Below, piece by piece: positions 1 to 9,634 of a stretch of DNA of 64,000 nucleotides. The translations under genes and the position numbers were made by a program. Origin of the DNA: Candidatus Moanibacter sp. (GTDB taxonomy: Bacteria > Verrucomicrobiota > Verrucomicrobiia > Opitutales > UBA2987); the NCBI GenBank assembly GCA_965215885.1, contig CBDCEW010000097.1, positions 100,234 to 164,233 of the forward strand, read 5' to 3'. Below the pieces are notes generated by a model. That model saw only the letters and a list, made by a program, of their open reading frames with translations. It made no database searches and was not told the DNA's origin. Positions within the stretch are counted from its first letter, which is position 1; each line of letters opens with the position of its first letter.

Positions 1-32
1 CGCAAAGATGCCGACCGTGATATGATTATGGG

Positions 33-398
33 ATGGGAGAAAAAACGAGAGGGCGGACACGGTCGAAGCGAATCGTTCGACGAAGTCGGCAGGAGCGCAG
101 GCGACTGATAAGCGCATACCGTCGCAGCAATCAGACGCAGAGGGCGTTTGCCCAGCGGCACGGTATCAAGTATATGACCTTTATGGGATGGCTGCGCAAG
201 GACCGGGCCGGGCACAGAAGCAGCGGGGTAAAATCGGCGGGGGCGCGGTTTGCCGAAGTTACGGTGCAGAGCAGCGCGGTCACGGAGGATCGGATCGAGA
301 TCGTCTTAGGGGACCCGATACGGGTGGAGGTGGACTGCGGTGTTGCGGTGGAACAAGTGGCGAGTCTGGTGAAGGCGTTGAGGGAATCGGGATGCTGA
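33..398 (+). CDS. tnpA: IS66 accessory protein TnpA (HTH)
   Basis: Motif TQRAFAQRHGIKYMTFMGW; overlaps the tnpB start. Confidence 0.85.
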   Translation: MGEKTRGRTRSKRIVRRSRQERRRLISAYRRSNQTQRAFAQRHGIKYMTFMGWLRKDRAGHRSSGVKSAGARFAEVTVQSSAVTEDRIEIVLGDPIRVEVDCGVAVEQVASLVKALRESGC

Positions 399-742
399 GC
401 TTACCGGGAACGATGAAGGTTTTCCTGGCCGTGGGAGTAACGGATCTGCGAAAGAGCTTTAATGGTCTCTACGCCCTGGCGGCCAATCAGCTCAAGGAAG
501 ACCCGTTGAGCGGAGCGGTCTTTGTCTTCTGCAATCGCAGCCGGGACCGGGTCAAGATTCTGTATTGGGACGGCACGGGGTTATGGGTTTTCGCAAAGCG
601 ATTAGAGAAGGGTCGGTTCAGCTGGCCGCAGGGAGTGGACTTGAAAGATCAGAAGCTTCCATTGCGCCCTGAAGCGTTGAGCATGCTCTTGAATGGGATC
701 GACCTGAGGGAGGGGAAGATGCGGCCCTGGTATCAGCGTTAG
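392..742 (+). CDS. tnpB: IS66 accessory protein TnpB
   Basis: Motifs TDLRKSFNGL, VFVFCNRSRDRVKILYWDGTGLW and KRLEKGRF; ATG at 392. Confidence 0.95.
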   Translation: MLSLPGTMKVFLAVGVTDLRKSFNGLYALAANQLKEDPLSGAVFVFCNRSRDRVKILYWDGTGLWVFAKRLEKGRFSWPQGVDLKDQKLPLRPEALSMLLNGIDLREGKMRPWYQR

Positions 743-809
743 GTCAAAAAAAGTGATTTTTTTGAAAAAGTATTGCTTTTCTTATTACCGTTAGTTTAGT
801 ATTGTTTTC

Positions 810-2313
810 ATGCCTGAAGTCGAGGTTTTGCAAACAGAGCTGGAGCAACTCCGAGAGGAGAATCGGCTTTTACGTCAGAAGATCGGCTGGCTCATTAAGC
901 GCTACTTTGGAGGCAACCAAAGCGAGCGGATCGATCCGGGACAGCTGGAATTGCTCCTGGCCGGGCTGGAGCAGGCCGAGGAAAACAAACCCGCTGAGCA
1001 AACGGCAGAGCCACCACCCGAGCCGAAGGCGCGCAAAGGAGCTGGGGCGAGGCGACAGCGTCTGCCCGAGCACCTGGAAGTCGAAGAGATCGTAATCGAA
1101 CCCGAAGCGGTGAAGGTTGAACCGCAAAAGTGGCGGTTGATCGGTGAGGAAGTCACTGAAGAGTTAGATTTGCTCCCGGCCCGATTTATCAGGCGGCGCT
1201 ATATACGGCGCAAATATGTATCTCGCGAAAAGCCCCAGGAACCTCCCGTGCTGGCGCCATTACCATCGCGGCTGATTGAAAAAGGGATCCCTGGGGTGGG
1301 GCTTTTGGTGCACATATTACTGAGCAAATACGTCGATCACCTGCCGTTGTATCGACAGGAGAAGATTTTCCGGGAACGCTACGGAGTAAGGGTGGCGCGC
1401 CAGAGCATGCTCGATTGGATCCACCAGGTAGCGCAATGGCTAAAACCCATCTACAACTACATGTGCTTACAATTGTTCGAGGGCGGTTACATCCAAGCGG
1501 ACGAAACGCCCATCCGCTACCTGGATCCGGACGCAGGCAAGAAAGAGGGCTGCAGGAAAGGATACCTGTGGGTCTACGGGGCGACCCGGCGGCGAGGTGC
1601 TCTACGACTGGCACACAGGCCGTGGGGTAAAATGTCTCGAGCAGTTCCTCAACGGATACGAAGGGTTGCTCCAACCCGACGGTTACGCAGCCTATGGCAG
1701 TTTCGCCCGGGAGCATAACGGGATTACCCTGTTTGGGTGCTGGGCACACCTGCGACGCAAATTTGTGGAGGCGATGGATGAGAATCCGAAGCTGGCCGGC
1801 TGGGTGGTGCGGCAGATCCACAATCTCTACAGAGACGAGCGCCATCTGCGCGAACAGCGGGCCGGTCCCGCCTTGCGCGAAGCCTACCGGAAAAGCCATG
1901 GTCGGATGATCGTGGAACGCTTGGGCAAAGCCTTGCCTATACTCAAACGGCGGGCCTTGCCGCGGAGCAAAATGGGTGAAGCCGTTGAGTATGCTCTGAA
2001 CCAGTGGGAATCACTCAAGCGCTACCTCGAGCATGGCAAGGTTGAAATCGACAATAACCTCATTGAGAATGCTATCCGGCCGACCGCCCTGGGAAAGAAA
2101 AACTGGATGTTCATCGGCCACCCCAAGGCCGGTTGGAGAAGCGCCGTAATTTACTCGATCATTGAGAGTTGCCGGCGGCACGCAATTGAACCATCCGCTT
2201 ACCTCACTGACGTCCTCAAAAGATTGCCGGACATGAACATCACCGAGATCGCCGAACTCGCTCCGGCGAATTGGAAGCCGACCCGAACAGGCGAACCGCT
2301 CGCAGCCTCTTGA
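810..2313 (+). pseudogene. tnpC: IS66 transposase TnpC, frameshifted at the G-run 1578-1581 (real or sequencing error)
   Basis: ORF 810-1718 (KYVDHLPLYRQ, ADETP, GYLWVY) and ORF 1597-2313 (DGYAAY, CWAHLRRKF, IDNNLIENAIRP, GKKNWMF) join if one G is removed. Confidence 0.9.
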
Positions 2314-2377
2314 ACCCGGACACTGCCAGGATCCTCGCGCATGCCGCGATCCATAGGGCAGTTCACCGGTCGTTTAC

Positions 2378-3262
2378 TGCTGCACTGTGTCGAGACCACC
2401 TTAAAAAACCATGAAAGCGGCATTTTGCGCAAATTCGTTGGGTATTTGAAAAAAGCAGAGGTGGTTCTGTGCGACCGCGGTTATTGCTCTTATGCCAATC
2501 TTGGGCTGCTTCTAAACCATCAAATGGACGCGGTCATGCGCCTGCACCAAAGGCACAAATGCGACTTCCGTAGCGGCCAAACACTGGGCCGATACGATCG
2601 GCTGGTGACCTGGAAAAAACCGCAGAGACAGCACGGGTTCAGCCCGGAAGAATGGGCTCAATTACCGGCCGAACTGACTCTGCGAATGGTGCGTTTCTTC
2701 GTTCAGATCAAAGGATTCCGTACCCGAAAGATCGATCTTGTGACACCCCTTTACCGACCCCCTCCAATACACCGTAGAGGATCTGGCCGATCTCTACTTC
2801 CGCCGCTGGTCAGTGGAACTGTTTTTTCGCGACATAAAACGACTATGAAGATGGAAACGTACGCTGCCTTACTCCCGAAATGGTGCATAAGGAAATCCAG
2901 CTGTTCTTTATCGCCTATAATCTCATCCGCGCCCTCATGCAACACGCCGCCACCCTCTATCAGCGTGACCTGCATCGGCTCAGCTTCAAGAGCACGGTCG
3001 ACACCGTTCGGCAGTACTGCACCGCTCTGAACGCCACCCGCAAGCAACCTCGAAAGCAACAACGCATCATTGACGAGATGGTTCTGATTATTGCCGAGGA
3101 GACTGTTCCACTACGAGAACACCGCAGCGAACCACGAGCGGTCAAACGAAGACCGAAACCTTACCAATTACTAACGAAGCCGCGAGGGAAAATGAAAGTC
3201 TCGCGCGCTCGCAGAAACAAAGGCAAAAATCGTCGTTAATCGGGCTTATCTTAGCGCCATTC
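2378..3262 (+). pseudogene. 3' part of an IS4-family element, interrupted by IS66, with several 1-nt indels
   Basis: Near-identical to the reverse complement of 9635-10520; ends in the IR GGCTTATCTTAGCGCCATTC. Confidence 0.92.
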
Positions 3263-3273
3263 CACTCTGACCC

Positions 3274-3412
3274 GAATGGCGCTAACTTAAGGCAAGAATC
3301 GCTCGCAAGCGAGCTTCCTACCAGTTTCACAAGGTGTTGTAGGAAAGCCGCCTGCGGCCGAAACCGAGCACCGCCGTAATTACCGTTTATGCCCGTTATC
3401 TTAGCGCCATAC
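3274..3412. mobile_element. MITE with IS4-type ends (GAATGGCGCTAA...TTAGCGCCATAC)
   Basis: IRs match the adjacent IS; flanked by CACTCTGACCC (3263-3273) and CATTCTGACCC (3413-3423). Confidence 0.8.
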
Positions 3413-3589
3413 CATTCTGACCCCACGCTCCCGCCCCGGACGGCCCTCTGGGGGCATTCTCTCCTCGATAGTCCTGCCAGACTACCGTATCCCGACTGTG
3501 CGCGGCGATCTTGATCGGAGAGCGCGTATTATGGGGGGGGATACCGGAGCTCCACAGATAGAGGAGCCGGTGCCCTGTCCCTCCCCTAT

Positions 3590-3721
3590 TCATCCTTTTT
3601 TCAGATAAAGCACATTCTTTCTTCGGGTAACTTTATATCCTTTCTTTTCCCACTGCTTTTGTTGCCGCTTGGCGTAGTCTTCGTTTTTATACTCTTTCTT
3701 CTCACTCTTCTCAGCTGCCAT
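3590..3721 (-). CDS. 43-aa lysine-rich small protein (MAAEKSEKKEYKNEDYAKRQQKQWEKKGYKVTRRKNVLYLKKG)
   Basis: Manual translation; strong RBS AAGGGAGG 6 nt upstream of ATG; shorter than any ORF in the track. Confidence 0.55.
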   Translation of the reverse strand: MAAEKSEKKEYKNEDYAKRQQKQWEKKGYKVTRRKNVLYLKKG

Positions 3722-3895
3722 TATGTTCCTCCCTTAGATTATAGTTGAGATGACAAGCCATAGAATCAATTCATAGCCACAAGTCAAGTCCGGCTTTACG
3801 GCGTGTACAAGCCGCTTCATCGGGAAGCGCTGAGGGGGGTTTTGTTGATTCATTGCGACCAGCACCAGCGTAAACGCACCCAAGCCCAAGACGAT

Positions 3896-4153
3896 CTACA
3901 CATACGCATTCGTCCCCGACCCCAGATTCGCGACAAAGAATGCCACGGTTAAAGCGGCGAACAATCCGATGAGCGTGTTCAGCAAACTCGTCACCCGCGC
4001 CTTCTGCGCCTCAAGCTTCGTCTCGCAATCAAGGCGGTATTGGAGGTTGGTGAGTTCGGTTTGGAGGGTTATGCGGTCTTTGGGCCGGAGGCCATCGTCA
4101 CGGGCGAGGCGCGATTCCGAGGTTTCGATAGCGGTGAGGGTGCGTTGGGGCAT
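3896..4153 (-). CDS. Small membrane protein or gene remnant
   Basis: C-terminal hydrophobic helix; the hydrophobic frame continues past the TAG (IVLGLGAFTLVLVAM), suggesting a premature stop. Confidence 0.35.
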   Translation of the reverse strand: MPQRTLTAIETSESRLARDDGLRPKDRITLQTELTNLQYRLDCETKLEAQKARVTSLLNTLIGLFAALTVAFFVANLGSGTNAYV

Positions 4154-4245
4154 TTAACTAAGCTTCTGGCGGCCAAGTCCACCCACGCCACGAATTCAGC
4201 GTGGGAGTTCAATATTTACGTTCTCGAAGGCTTTTGGGACGCATC

Positions 4246-4628
4246 GGGTGAGACTGCGAAGTGTTTGATTTTCTTTACTGCTCTGCAGGCCATACTATTC
4301 GTTTTCGCGGAATGGAATCGATCCCGGCGAAAACCACCTCACGGGGCAGTCCCGCTAGCGGGTCGGAGTCGTCGGACCACGTCAGGTCCCGCTGGGCGGG
4401 ATCGGCCTCGCCGAAGCAAAGACAGACCTGTCACGGCGAAGCAGAAGCGAAGACGGATCGCTACCTTCAGTCCTTGGCTTGCGATCCCTCAAATTGGAAT
4501 TTCAGACACCTCAAAGCCACTTTCAAATTAAACAACTCGCAATCTGACCTCATGAACTCCGGGACAGGATTAAAAGCATTAGGTCGTCCAGAATATTGGG
4601 GAGAATCTAACACTTCGCAAACTGACCC
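4246..4628. repeat. ~380-bp MITE-like element, copy 1
   Basis: Imperfect terminal IRs GGGTGAGACTGCGAAGTGTTTGATT / AATCTAACACTTCGCAAACTGACCC; near-identical to 9253-9634. Confidence 0.85.
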
Positions 4629-4681
4629 CATGCTCGCGCCAACGAAAGGGTCGGGGGCCTTTAGCAAAATCGATCCGACCG

Positions 4682-5149
4682 CTACTTGCTGAGCAGAAAG
4701 CCATGGCGGGTACCATCGGTATAAGACCCGGCCATGTCGCCGCGATCGTTGATGCCGAAAACCAGGGTCCGACTACTGCCGAGGACATCGATGCTGGTAT
4801 AAACGTCCTTGCTCAGCAGAAACCCGTGAAGGAATGGTTCGCCTGGTAGAGCATACCGTCCAACGATGTCGCCGCGGTTATTGATGTCACGGACTATGGT
4901 CCGATCGGCTCCGGGGAAGTCGATGGTGGTGAAGACTTCCCTGCTCAGCACAAAACCATGTGTGGCACCTGTCGCATCGATATACCACCCGACGATGTCG
5001 CCCAGATCGTTGCTACCGATCGCTAAAGTATGGATGGCTCCGGGAAAATCAATGGTGGTGAAGCTGTTGGGAGGGGCCGCTGTAGTTTTGGGCGTGACTC
5101 CAAGCAACAAGATACATGCGATTAGGTATACTTCGAGGCGGTGGCTCAT
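4682..5149 (-). CDS. Secreted protein with extracellular repeats (HAF-like, FTTIDFPGA)
   Basis: Signal peptide plus three repeats of FTTIDFPGA...IN.RGDIVG.Y...HGFLL. Confidence 0.8.
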   Translation of the reverse strand: MSHRLEVYLIACILLLGVTPKTTAAPPNSFTTIDFPGAIHTLAIGSNDLGDIVGWYIDATGATHGFVLSREVFTTIDFPGADRTIVRDINNRGDIVGRYALPGEPFLHGFLLSKDVYTSIDVLGSSRTLVFGINDRGDMAGSYTDGTRHGFLLSK

Positions 5150-5400
5150 CTTTGGCTCCTTTCGATGATGTCAGATGAAGAAACGGTGAGATGCGATACT
5201 AACACAATTAAATAACCAATAAGAAGCAGACCGTCAACATATAATCTGCGCTTTTACTCCGATTCATCTTCGAGCTGATTCGTCACAGCGCGGGATGCAG
5301 CAGCAGGTTCATCATCGGGCTGTCAGCTCTCCGAACCATCTCCTAATAAGGCTGTGGCGGGAGCTGAAGAAGGGGATTGAGGGGTTTGAATAAATGTCTT

Positions 5401-6594
5401 CTATAATAACTCCACCATCAACCGCATAAAATAGCGATTCGCGTCGATAAAAGGCACCTTCAATCTCACTGTGACAGTTTCGGTTCCATCTTCGTTATCA
5501 ACGGGTTGATCGACTATCTCTACGAAATTACTGCCGGATATCCAACTCCCCGGTTGTAAGGTATCGCTGACTTCGACCACATACATAAGGCCTTTTGCGA
5601 CGTAATCGACACCGACAGTTCCAACACCTCCTCTTCTTTGACGATAGGTAAGGGAAAGCTGGCCCGGATCGTTGTCAGACGTAAGGAGGACAAATGCATC
5701 CTGGCTCTGAGGATTCAGGTTGAAGGCAAATTCCAGCAGGTTTGGAAATCCGTCTGCGTCGGGATCTTCAAGGATACCGGAAACCTCGGAATTATCGAGT
5801 TCGAGAGCGGTAAAGACTGTATGCCGCCAAAACTCAAACTGAGTAAGTGCCACGAACTCTTGGCTATAGGTCGTGCTCTTATTGCCACTTTGATCGATCA
5901 GGCGCAGGTATATTCTAATTGCAGTATCGGGATCGTAGCTTGACAGATTCACAGGTAAATCGATTACGACTGCGTTAGAAGGTGAAAACTCGGTATACGT
6001 AACCGTTGTAGACACTGAACCACCGGAAGAGAGGAAATATTCAATGCCTGCAATCGGTTTTAGAGGTTCCTGGCGATCATTACTATCCAGGTAAAAGGGC
6101 CTGAATGTAGTATGGCTCCAATTGCCTTTATCATCCTGCAGACGAAGGAATAGGAGGTGGGTGCCATCCGCCATATTGGAGAGATCAAAAGAGATTGAAG
6201 AATCCAAGGTTGAACTCCCGCCAACATTTAAGGTAGCGCCGTTACCCAGGCCAGGATCGGAATCGAGGAAATACTCCCCTGTCGTAATAGCGGGTTGTCC
6301 GATTAGAGATTTGTTCAATACAAAAAATGATCGGAATGTGGTCAAACCCCAGTCCCCTTCGCTATCTTGCATCCGAATTCCCAGAAGGTAAAAACCTTCA
6401 GGTTCGCCTGCAAAGTCAATAGTATGGGACAAATCCAGTGTTGATGCGGGACTAACAGGGACCTCAATGCCCTGCCCAAAACCTGGATCACTATTCAGAA
6501 AGTATTCTACGCGCGTTATTGTGCGCGCGGCCAGACTAGCAGACACCATGCAGATAAGCGCGGTTAGAAAAGCCGGTCTGGCTTCCGCTTTCAT
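5401..6594 (-). CDS. Secreted protein with repeated EYFLDSDPG Ig-like modules and a Verrucomicrobia-type C-terminal region
   Basis: Signal peptide; EYFLNSDPGFGQG / EYFLDSDPGLGNG repeats; DPDADGFPNLLEFAFNLNP; terminal RYFMRLMVE. Confidence 0.8.
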   Translation of the reverse strand: MKAEARPAFLTALICMVSASLAARTITRVEYFLNSDPGFGQGIEVPVSPASTLDLSHTIDFAGEPEGFYLLGIRMQDSEGDWGLTTFRSFFVLNKSLIGQPAITTGEYFLDSDPGLGNGATLNVGGSSTLDSSISFDLSNMADGTHLLFLRLQDDKGNWSHTTFRPFYLDSNDRQEPLKPIAGIEYFLSSGGSVSTTVTYTEFSPSNAVVIDLPVNLSSYDPDTAIRIYLRLIDQSGNKSTTYSQEFVALTQFEFWRHTVFTALELDNSEVSGILEDPDADGFPNLLEFAFNLNPQSQDAFVLLTSDNDPGQLSLTYRQRRGGVGTVGVDYVAKGLMYVVEVSDTLQPGSWISGSNFVEIVDQPVDNEDGTETVTVRLKVPFIDANRYFMRLMVELL

Positions 6595-6621
6595 TGTCGG
6601 GCAGCTATTGGAAACCGGGAG

Positions 6622-7629
6622 TTAATCGTTGGCCTGACCACTAAGATGAATAGTGAGGCCATCGTCGATCGTTCCGAAAGCGGGGACATCGATATCCGTT
6701 ACGGTCGGGATAGGCGGAATACCGGAAATCACGTAGGGTTCACTCCCACCAAACATTCCAATGTCATCGCCATTCTCTCCCGTACCGTCAGCGGGACCGG
6801 CCGGTAATAATTGAAAACCACCATCCGGACTTTCTGAATCGACGAAAACAGTCGTCATATCCACGTTAGACTGGTTTCCGTTCACCGTACCAAATTCTTC
6901 GCCCGACCCAATGTTGAAACGCAAGACTACGCCTAGATTATCAAAAAAAGTAGCTGTAGCTGATCCTGTTGCCCCAGTTGTGATGTTCTCCTCCACGACA
7001 GAATTGTAAACATCGATTACACCTCCCAAGACATTATTTCTGACCGTGTGCCCTCCACTTACCTCTGTGGTATTAAAGAAAATTGAGAATATGCTATTAT
7101 TGATATAATTGTTGGAAATTAAGAGGATGTCAGACGCGAGATCTATATTGATTTGATTTACGTAATTCTGGGAAAGAATAGAATTCGGAGAAGCGGTTGC
7201 GCTGCCAACGATAAGAATATTACCAACCCGGCAACGATTGACGGTCACCGAGCCCGCATTTAAAACCACATTCTGCACGACATGAATGCCAATCAGGAGG
7301 CTACCTTCAGCGCCTGATTCTACAGTGATGTTGTTTACCTGGGCAGAGAGGAGGTTAGCTTGCAGGCCGGGGTTCTCGGACAGAAAGTATCCCGGCCCGA
7401 TCAATTTCAAGGGCCTATCAAGACTGGCATCTGGATAGACGGTAGCTGCGCCTTCAATCAGCAAGGTATCTCCATCATTGACCGAAGCGGAGTCGATAGC
7501 TTCCTGGGGAAAATCGAAATCCGCTTCGCTCCCCAGTGTCGAATTTACACGCCAGACAGCTCCCAAAACCATCGAGCATGTAATCGTCAGTCCTAAAGAG
7601 AGGGTCAGAATATGGTATTTCATGTTCAA
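6622..7629 (-). CDS. Secreted right-handed beta-helix protein
   Basis: Signal peptide; QEAID...GDTLLIEG; N/I-rich repeats; C-terminal DIGMFGGSEPYVISGIPPIP. Confidence 0.8.
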   Translation of the reverse strand: MNMKYHILTLSLGLTITCSMVLGAVWRVNSTLGSEADFDFPQEAIDSASVNDGDTLLIEGAATVYPDASLDRPLKLIGPGYFLSENPGLQANLLSAQVNNITVESGAEGSLLIGIHVVQNVVLNAGSVTVNRCRVGNILIVGSATASPNSILSQNYVNQINIDLASDILLISNNYINNSIFSIFFNTTEVSGGHTVRNNVLGGVIDVYNSVVEENITTGATGSATATFFDNLGVVLRFNIGSGEEFGTVNGNQSNVDMTTVFVDSESPDGGFQLLPAGPADGTGENGDDIGMFGGSEPYVISGIPPIPTVTDIDVPAFGTIDDGLTIHLSGQAND

Positions 7630-7675
7630 TTTTGTATTTTCCTGATTCTATTCTCTATTATAACACATTTTCACA

Positions 7676-8994
7676 CACTACTGTCCGGTTGTTTTTCTAG
7701 GAACGCAGGTTAATCGATTGATAACCAACATTTTACATATGATTTCTGCTGTTTTCGACTTGAAATTGCAAAAAGCCTTGTGGACTCTCAAAAATTTCGA
7801 GGGTCCAAATCATGTATACAGGTCGATTCGTTTTTTCTCAAATCATAGATTATCTTCCGCGCCATCAGTTCCATCGTTGCGTCCAACGCTACGGAGGCGA
7901 CTACAAAGTTCAAAAGTTCAGTTGCTTCGAACAATTTCTCTGCATGGGTTTTGCCGAGTTGACCTACCGGGAGAGTCTGCGCGACATCGAAACCTGCCTG
8001 CGGGCAGTACAACCAAAACTATACCACGCAGGGATTCGAAGCGGAGTATCCAAAAGCACGCTCGCCGATGCCAACGAGAAACGAGACTGGCGCAGCTACG
8101 CCGACTTTGCACAGGTCCTCATCGCAATGGCTCGTCCTTTGTATTCAAACGAGGATCTGGGCATCGACCTGGACAATACGCTCTACGCTCTGGACTCCAC
8201 CACGATCGATCTATGTCTATCACTCTTCCCGTGGGCACGTTTCCGCAAGCACAAGGGGGCGGTGAAGGTCCATACGCTTCTCGATCTCAGAGGCTCTATC
8301 CCTTATTTTATCGAGATTACCGATGGAAAAGTTCACGACGTAAACATTCTGGATCTCATCATCCCCGAGGCCGGTGCTTACTATGTAATGGACCGAGCCT
8401 ATCTGCATTACGAGCGCCTCTATCGGATCGCACAATGCGGTTCTTTCTTCGTCACACGCGCCCGCCGCGGCTTTCAGTTTCGCCGCCTCTACTCTCAAAA
8501 GGTCGACAAATCAACCGGTCTGCGTTCGGACCAGACCGTTGCCCTGGTCAGCTTCTATCCTGCCAAGGCCTACCCCGAAAGACTCCGGCGTATCACTTAC
8601 CTCGACCCCGACAGTTCCGAGCGCTTCGTGTTTCTCACCAACCAGTTTGCCCTCCCAGCCATAATCATCACCCAGATTTACCGTTTACGCTGGCAGATCG
8701 AATTGTTCTTCAAATGGATCAAACAGCACTTGCGCATCAAGAGCTTTTTCGGCACCTCCGAGAATGCTGTGAAGACTCAAATCTGGATTGCCGTCAGCGT
8801 CTATGTGCTCATCGCCATCATCCGCAAACGCCTTCGCCTGGAGATCAGTTTGCACAAAATCCTACAGATTCTCAGCTTCACCCTATTTGAGAAAACTCCT
8901 ATGACTGAACTACTTACAGAAACCGATTACACTTTCAATGAACACCGCATTCCTAAACAGTTGGAGTTGTTTGACTTATAACCGGACAGTACTG
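7676..8994 (+). mobile_element. Intact IS4-family element with 9-bp TSD ATTTTCACA
   Basis: IRs CACTACTGTCCGGTT / AACCGGACAGTACTG; TSD at 7667-7675 and 8995-9003. Confidence 0.95.
7812..8981 (+). CDS. IS4-family transposase (DUF4372-like N-terminus plus DDE domain)
   Basis: Motifs LDSTTIDL, KVHTLLDL, VMDRAY and YRLRWQIELFFKWIKQ (YREK). Confidence 0.95.
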   Translation: MYTGRFVFSQIIDYLPRHQFHRCVQRYGGDYKVQKFSCFEQFLCMGFAELTYRESLRDIETCLRAVQPKLYHAGIRSGVSKSTLADANEKRDWRSYADFAQVLIAMARPLYSNEDLGIDLDNTLYALDSTTIDLCLSLFPWARFRKHKGAVKVHTLLDLRGSIPYFIEITDGKVHDVNILDLIIPEAGAYYVMDRAYLHYERLYRIAQCGSFFVTRARRGFQFRRLYSQKVDKSTGLRSDQTVALVSFYPAKAYPERLRRITYLDPDSSERFVFLTNQFALPAIIITQIYRLRWQIELFFKWIKQHLRIKSFFGTSENAVKTQIWIAVSVYVLIAIIRKRLRLEISLHKILQILSFTLFEKTPMTELLTETDYTFNEHRIPKQLELFDL

Positions 8995-9252
8995 ATTTTC
9001 ACACTGTTGAAAACAACCAATCGGCCCTGTTCCTTTTCAGATAGCCGCCGGGACGAAGACTCTGCTGTACGGCAGTGCCGCCAAGAACGCAAAGATTGGG
9101 AGAGACCATTCGGCGGATATTCTGACTCTCTATCATCCCTCAGCGCGCGCCTCGCGCGCTGCTCAGATTTTGGCATCGCCAAAATCTGGCGGAGAGGGCG
9201 GGATTGACTCGCTCGCGCTCGGGGTTTCGCCCCAAACCTTCGGGGACGCGTG

Positions 9253-9634
9253 CGGTCCGACTGCGAAGTGTTTGATTTCTTTACTGCTCTGCAGGCCATA
9301 CTATTCGTTTTCGCTGAACGGAATCGATCCCGGCGAACACCACGTCACGGGGCAGTCCCGCTAGCGGGTCGGAGTCGTCGGACCACGTCAGGTCCCGCTG
9401 AGCGGGATCGGCCTCGCCGAAGCAAAGACAGACCTGTCACGGCGAAGCAGAAGCGAAGACGGGTCGCTACCTTCAGTCCTTGGCTTGCGATCCCTCAAAT
9501 TGGAATTTCAGACACCTCAAAGCCACTTTCAAATTAAACAACTCGCAATCTGACCTCATGAACTCCGGGACAGGATTAAAAGCATTAGGTCGTCCAGAAT
9601 ACTGGCGAGAATCCAACACTTCGCAGTCTGACTG
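9253..9634. repeat. ~380-bp MITE-like element, copy 2
   Basis: Direct repeat of 4246-4628; its right IR abuts the IS at 9635. Confidence 0.85.

Larger units (their letters stand above)
1..2377 (+). mobile_element. IS66-family element; left end lies outside the window; inserted into an IS4-family copy
   Basis: tnpA-tnpB-tnpC organisation. Right end ...CGGTCGTTTAC at 2377 (reverse complement GTAA..., typical of IS66), followed immediately by mid-gene IS4 sequence. Confidence 0.92.

Noticed and set aside
1570..2870. Frameshifts in IS66 tnpC and the IS4 copy as programmed recoding
   Set aside because: These are 1-nt indels in short runs, clustered and absent from the intact copy; decay or long-read error is more likely.
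4040..4692. ORFs 4040-4531, 4261-4692 and 9250-9537
   Set aside because: They lie in the 380-bp MITE and their frames differ between copies.
7718..8890. 390-aa alternative-frame ORF within the IS
   Set aside because: It overlaps the clear transposase, has Arg/Ser/Pro-rich off-frame composition and no motifs.
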